A model generated the notes under the pieces. The model was not told the DNA's origin and did no database searches. It was given only the letters and a program-made list of their open reading frames with translations. The position numbers were made by a program, and so were the translations under genes. From NCBI GenBank assembly GCA_051294905.1, contig CM119371.1, positions 12,216,001-12,276,000 on the forward strand: a DNA stretch of 60,000 nucleotides, given 5' to 3'. Positions 53,553 through 60,000 of the stretch are shown piece by piece; position 1 is the first letter of the stretch, and every line of letters begins with the position of its first letter. The stretch comes from Botryllus schlosseri. Its lineage: Eukaryota.

Positions 53553-56500
53553 CACTGTTGCCCTACCCCGCCCAGACATTGCTTCATTGATCATTTGCTA
53601 CCATTGTTTAATTTTTTTTCTATTTTCCTTTCCTAACTAAACACTTTTTTACAGCCAGACTGTTCTGAGTCAAGTGTACCTGTTTGATGCTGGTGTGATC
53701 AGACTAGATGACCTTCACGGTCTTATCGATCATTCCTATCTAATACGGAATACTGTGCACGCATATTTTCTGTACCACCATCACTGCCGTTTGTTATGTA
53801 TTTTGGTTCGATGAAAATAAAGACTCTCTCTCTCTCTCTCAATACAGGGAAGTTAATGGTATTGGATTTTGTTTTAGTGCTTTGTGTGACTAAGTAAGTC
53901 AATTGAGAAAGAGAATGGGATCTGCTCACATTGAATTCAGTACTGTACCTAGTTATTAATTCAAACATGAATGTATTCCAAACAAAGCAACTAATATTAT
54001 ATAACGTTCATGTGAAGTTGTGGACCACAACACTAGATAAGCATCATAATTTATGATGCGATGAAAAAATATCCTGACGATTTAATTTTTAGCTATCAAA
54101 TACAAGTATATTTAGTTATTCATTTCGCGCACAGAGCTTAAAAACAAATTTGATGTACAAAGGGCTTTCACTTTCTAATGTGATATCCGGTGCCTCTTTC
54201 TTCGATTTCCACACGCTGTGCGCTGCATGATATAATACCCAGTTCGAAACATTTTGTTGAAAATACCCCTAGCAAGTGTGACGGCAGTGATCTAACGGAA
54301 AATTAACGATCAATTCATTTTACATATATTATGATAACCCACTATATTTATGAAAACATATGTATCAAACATTGTCGAGCAGCGCGACCAAAAATTTCTG
54401 GAATTGACATATTTTGTGGAATGTTAATTTGCTATGAATAGTCATTAGGGATATGTCCTGCTACTACATCATCTACTGCGAAACCATTGTTCTTCTGCGC
54501 CCCCCGTATCGCCCCCTGATTCCAGCGCCCCCCATATCGCCCCCTGAGCGTTCCGCGCCTTCAAAATCGCCAGCGCCCCTTGGCAGGCGCTGGAGTCAAG
54601 GTTAAGAGCCACTGGTATAGATCATCGGTGCGAAATGGTTGTTCTGATAATGAGAACTGCCGACTGTAAAAATTTAGCTTGGCTATGTAGTCCTGGTTGA
54701 AGATAATTTTGATTAGTTTATGACAGTGGTCGGAAGCTGTTTTCGTCGAAAGAGTCATATTTACCATATATTTTCAATTGTCAATGCCATTCAGCTCCTG
54801 TGGCGTCATAATTAAAGATCTGTGACGTCATTGTTAAAATCTGTTTTAAAGAAGGATCATGTTTTAAACATGTTTGTTTTACATTGATTTTTTTTAAATG
54901 CAATCATAGTCACAATCACAAAACTGCTATTTAACACCTTTGTCATTTACTTTGCATGGGGAAAGGCTGTAAACGTAGACAGTTCATTACCCACTACTGG
55001 GATCTATCCCCATATAGATTGCTGTATTTTACTCGACAATATTTTGACAGCAAATTGCCGGTGACCTGATTTGAAACCCATATGATGCGGCACGCACTTA
55101 ATTTTCATCGATGCGCGTCAGTGCGCGATGTATAAAAATGTAGCAATTCCTTCGAAACCTAATTCATAGCAAAATAAAACTTCTCATGATCAAGATGTAT
55201 TCACTCGCTGTGGTCTAGCAATTGACATGACCCAAATTGTAGAACCACTGTGGTGCACGGTTAATAAGAACACCGGATAACCGGGAATTTCGCTGTAGTC
55301 GGCCAAAATGCTCGTGTGGGGAACGCAACAAAAGCAAAAATAGGCCGTTAATAGCTCTCGTTAAATCGGACAGTTTCCCGCCTAATTCGGTGACAGGTTC
55401 GCCATTACTATGACGCAAAAACAGCATTTCATTCGTTTGAACACAAGATGAGTGACTACGCTGAAACAATGAAGATCAACGAAGTAACAATCGGCAATGC
55501 ACTCATATAAGGCCGTGCTAACTTAAGTCTGTTTTATTTCGGCAGAATTACGTACTGTTTGTAGAGCAGAATGGTGAAGGAAATAGCGTTTCAGCCCTTG
55601 CTAACATGCGTAATGATGTATTTGAAGAAATATTGCGGTTTTGTACGTTTTATGACATCAGTGCATTATGCACGCAGCAGTACAGAATTTTTCTTCCATT
55701 GTTTGCCTTTACGCATTACCAGAAATTGACTTTTCTGCCTAATTGGCACAATGCTATTTTGACGTCAAATGTAAATGAAACCAAAGTGTATCAATTAAGT
55801 GGAGGCGACTGTTTATCAACCTATGGAACGGCATACCAACACTGGATTGATCATGGAAGTCAAATATTAATTCACAATTGCACTAATGCCATCACAGTGA
55901 CGTCCTATGACTTACATAAAATTGATTTTGTTGACTGAAGTCGTTTTATGGCCGAAAGCTCGCAATACAAATGTTTGTCCGTAGTAGTCAACTCTTGTAT
56001 TGAGCGTATGAGCGGGTCGATTTATATGTATAGATATAACTAGATTGAGGTTTACAGAGAGCTAATCCATATTCCGCGATAATTTCCCATAAAAAGTATA
56101 ATTCTTATAACATTACATTGAATAGAAATAATTCGGTTTTGACATGGGTCACAAAACCTGAAGACCCATTTTCGACTACAGACTGTGTATGCAGCGATCA
56201 GTTACACAGCTATAGTAGCCTAATGTTGTCTTCGTGTCATGACGTCGCGCGACTCTAATCAAGTAGGCTATCGTTAGTGAATTAGTCGCCATATAAATTC
56301 GACTATGCCAACTGGCCGCATATTCTTATGTAGAATTGTAATGGGGACAACAATGTATACTATGAGTTGATATTATCTCGCTGTAGATTGAATTGAAAAT
56401 TGATACGTGGCTTGACTAAATGCATTTCTACGAATATCTTCTATCTTCTTCTATCCGACATTCACCCACTAATTGCACTCGATCGATTGCAATACTTCAT

Positions 56501-56864
56501 TCGTATTGCTAATCATACATTGATGAAAGCTCTAGTTCATATTGATATCAGTGTTGAGACCAAGTCACCACGAGTCATTCTATATTTTGACTCGTGTTAA
56601 GTCAAGTCTCGATTCAGGTCAAGTTGAAAGTTCGAAGTGCGAGGCATGATTCCAAGTCAATGTTTAATATCATGTAAACGGTTTTCAGGTAATAAATTGT
56701 GGGTCCACGCCATTTCGATTGGGCAAATGAGTCAAATACACGAATTAGGATGTATCTCTGGGATGTGGTGGGTTCTGTATTCGTGTACCATCCCATGACG
56801 TCTTAAAAGATGGTGCACAAGGAGACAGATTCCACTACACACCTGGGATGTATATTTACTGCGA

Positions 56865-57147
56865 GGCGAGATAGCGAGCGTATTGGTTTCATCCACAGCT
56901 GCAACACCGATGAGTTGCGGGCTCGAGTCCGATCTAGGTTGATTCCAGAACTCCTACGTAAATGTTGGAGGTTTATCTAAGCGCCTCCTCGCCATCTCAT
57001 CCGTGTAAGCGGTGTCTTATAAAAAGCGTAGAAGTGGGCCGTGCTGCAAATCGGCAGCTACGGGATGAAAATGAAGAAAATTGGCTTGGTTTAAATGACC
57101 ATATTATTAGACGAAACACTATGAACTCCTCAAAACAAACAATAAAT
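56865..57147 (+). mobile_element. tRNA-derived SINE (family 1), second copy
   Basis: GGCGAGATAGC...GGGCTCGAGTCC...CAAAACAAACAATAAA, colinear with the reverse complement of 15981-16262. Confidence 0.8.
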
Positions 57148-57401
57148 GTATCTTCATGAGTCTTGGTGTATTTGACTCATTTTCATCCAATGGAATGCTG
57201 AGAAAGCCAAATGTGGTATCCGAAAGTGGAGTATATCTGATTTATACTCCGCGCTATGGTGGAAAACTGATACACACCTATATTTCATCAATGAATTTAC
57301 ACTGTGATATCGGCCTGAGCGGCAGTGAAACATATATATATATATATATTAGCAAATATTAGCAAAAATAATTGCCCGAAATGACTTGAACAAGTGTATA
57401 T

Positions 57402-57622
57402 TAGGGTTGGATTATCCGGATACCGGTTAACCGCAGGTATTTTTGTTATCTGATATCCGGATAAAATATTATCGTTGATAATGCGTTTTACACTTTTCAG
57501 CAAGCTTCAATAAGTCGTATATCAGTGTGGCGCACGGCTAATTAGCAAGAAGCGTGTTGCCAATCAGTGAGATACGTTTGTACACAATGTAACGCGAAGT
57601 ATTGATATCCGAACTAACCCTA
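57402..57622. mobile_element. Short hAT MITE
   Basis: TAGGGTTGG / CTAACCCTA, ATCCGGATA subterminal motifs, imperfect TSD GTGTATAT/GTGTTTAC. Confidence 0.65.
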
Positions 57623-58011
57623 GTGTTTACTGCATATAAATCTTATTGAACTGTTATCAACGCAATTTCGTTTATCTATATTAGTTGGTACCATAAATGC
57701 TTCGACCGACTGAGACGCCGTCAAATAAATCTCATTGAAATGGACGATCATGGAAAGAGAGCAGGTACAACTTTCACAAACCCCTATGTTCAAAAGCAGT
57801 AATTAAATAAACTAGCAGTGAAATAACCAATTTCTATGCGCTGTAAAAATTTATCGTGACAGGGAAGCAACGCTATAGTTAGCTAATTGGATACGTGGTA
57901 TAAACAAATTACTTATATTTGATCGACCCGAATACAAGAAATGAATCGTTGCGTCATCTATAACCATCTTACAGCAAGGGTTATCTGGTTGGCATATCTG
58001 TGAATTTGCAA

Positions 58012-58472
58012 TAGATGTCGACACAGTATCGACCTTGCCGATTATCGATATTTGGAACTTTCCCGTTTATCGATGTCGGCCTATGACTTCGCGACCGATA
58101 TTTTATAAATAAAATAATCCGAAAATATTGGAAATTCAATGCTCCGTGTTACAAATCTCAAGAAATCGGTGACTCCAAGAGCTTAATGCAATCTACCTCT
58201 ACTGGACTAATCTGTAATTCTGTATCACGTTTCACTTATTTGATCATCCCAAATTTCAATGAATTTGCAAAATGAAGCAATAATTGTTTTTAATTTCTGT
58301 TTTCTCGTTTGTTGTTCAGCTTTCTGTGACATGTACAAGTGCCGTTCTGCCTAATATACAATATTTTTGGCGAAATGGCTTTCTGATCCTTCCATATTAT
58401 TATCGGTCTTGTGAGTGTGTCGATAGTGGGTATCGGTGTCGGTCTGCAAAAATCACTATGGGTCGACCTCCA
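58012..58472. mobile_element. hAT MITE
   Basis: TAGATGTCGAC / GTCGACCTCCA, perfect TSD ATTTGCAA. Confidence 0.88.
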
Positions 58473-60000
58473 ATTTGCAATCCAACGAATATTTTTAGTG
58501 GCCTGTTACAAAAGCATCGACCATATATGTAAATGTAGCATTGTAGAGGCGTTGTATAAGCATGGTTTAGTGTACCCTCTGCAGAGTAGCCTCATATCCA
58601 GGCCACTCTATATGGCTGAAATCAGACTTGTACAAACTACTGGATATTCAAAACTCGCAAGTATAACGAGAACTAGAACTACTTTATTTTCAAAATCTGC
58701 AACTAGAACTAGAACTCGAGCTACTTGGTTTTCCAAACCATCAACTAGAACTAGAATTAGAACTACCGACTAGAACCATATATAAAAGACGACTGACTAG
58801 TTATTGACCGGTGGCAATGTATGAAATTGCAGTTAGATGTGTAATGTGGTAAATTTTGGGTTTTGTGACTCACTGAAAATTAGGAGCGTCGCGATGGCTT
58901 GCTGATTAGCGTATGACATACATGGTCATTTTACGACCCGCGGGCCAAACCTAGGATATGTTTACTTTAAAAGCTGGGCTACTTAGTATATATTGACCTA
59001 TACGTTTTACTGTGTACTAAAACCACGAACAGTATAAATTAAACCGGGAATGCGTTTACTTTGAAGGCTGTTTGGTAAACATTTATGCACCGTGGTGACG
59101 CAACTTACATTCGTCGTATGCGAAATTTATTCATCATAAAGTCGATGCTACAAGGGTTGAATTACGTGAGGATGATGACATAGACACAGTGTCACTCAGC
59201 TGAGACCGCGAGAAGGTGTAATGCAGAAACCATGCCTGCAAAACTACCAAAACAACAAGTCGATTTTACCAATCTACACACCGCTCGGCATGTGGTGACC
59301 AAGCTGTTATATTCCTTACATTTTTGTTGTCTCGATCGAAGGACGTAAGTAAAATACCGGAAGTCACAAATGTTGTATTTCGAAACCAGAAACGGTGCAT
59401 TTTGAGCTAGCTAGCAGTCGAAAATCGGGCTATGGAGCTTCGGAAAAGCGTCATTGTGGTGCTTCATGGACGCGATTGTGTATTTCGTCGAAGTAATTAC
59501 ATTGTATAACGTGCATATGGTTGATTTTCAAACGATCGGTTTTGAAAACAGGTGTTTTTAATGTGTAGTGACCTACATATTCCGCTGGGACAAATGACTA
59601 TGGTATCCTGTCCACTGAATTTCTCTAGTGGTTATATCGCGAATTGTTTCCCGTACAACAGGTTGTCGAAAAGCAATCCGTGAGCGTACACAATACGAAC
59701 CAAATACAACCGCTCAGCGCAAAACTGACTCACTGTGTTAAGTATATCACGAATCACAGATGTATACATTTAATGTGTTTATTAGGCACCTGTAATCAAG
59801 CTCTTTACAAAAACACGAACAATTCTATCATTCTCATATTTTTTATCACCAAAATAATTTAGATACTGTTCAGTTGAAAAACCTTGAGATCTTCTAATCA
59901 AATATGAAATACAATGATGAGCGCACATATCAGATTTTTTACTTTGAAGCTGTTGCCTGGTAACGGTGGAGTCCTCTGGACCTAGAAACTCGATTATCTG

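Larger units (their letters stand above)
49679..53839 (+). mobile_element. Full-length CR1/L2-group (Crack-like) non-LTR retrotransposon
   Basis: Short 5'UTR, ORF1, ORF2 (APE+RT), 3'UTR with hairpin, AATAAA and a (CT)n tail. It interrupts host sequence ATTAGCAA|TACAGGG with only CAA duplicated. Confidence 0.93.
46715..54614 (-). mobile_element. Composite hAT element (outer copy A) carrying an inverted same-family copy and a full-length LINE
   Basis: TIRs CAGTGGTTCTTAACCT / AGGTTAAGAGCCACTG, perfect TSD GTATAGAT (46707-46714, 54615-54622). Its own sequence is 46715-47482 + 49556-49678 + 53843-54614. Confidence 0.9.
55894..59345 (+). repeat. Segmental duplication copy 2
   Basis: See 37724-42540. 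Confidence 0.9.

Noticed and set aside
58284..58773. ORFs with a hydrophobic N-terminus or TRTRT repeats
   Set aside because: They lie in MITE sequence and AACTAG subterminal repeats, with no splice or paralogue support.

Overview
AT-rich eukaryotic (animal, probably invertebrate) genomic DNA, gene-poor and dominated by transposable elements. There are no prokaryotic operons, CRISPR arrays or rRNA. Main contents: (1) an unannotated 3-exon gene missed by the ORF track (join 18938-19020, 19740-19768, 24289-24491, + strand). It encodes a 104-aa secreted precursor with a signal peptide, a C-x4-C cationic peptide, KK and an acidic propiece, so it is a candidate new antimicrobial peptide or neuropeptide. 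(2) A near-intact full-length CR1/L2-group (Crack-like) LINE at 49679-53839 with ORF1 and an APE-RT ORF2 carrying one frameshift. It sits inside a 7.9-kb composite hAT element (46715-54614) that also holds an inverted copy of its own family. (3) A 5'-truncated RTE-type LINE (29678-33575, minus strand) split by nested hAT MITEs. (4) Many hAT MITEs and deletion derivatives with 8-bp TSDs, tRNA-derived SINEs and a palindromic foldback element. (5) An old direct duplication (~37724-42540 vs ~55894-59345) that shows filled and empty TE sites and a probable hAT excision footprint. All alignments were made by eye, and no database searches were run.
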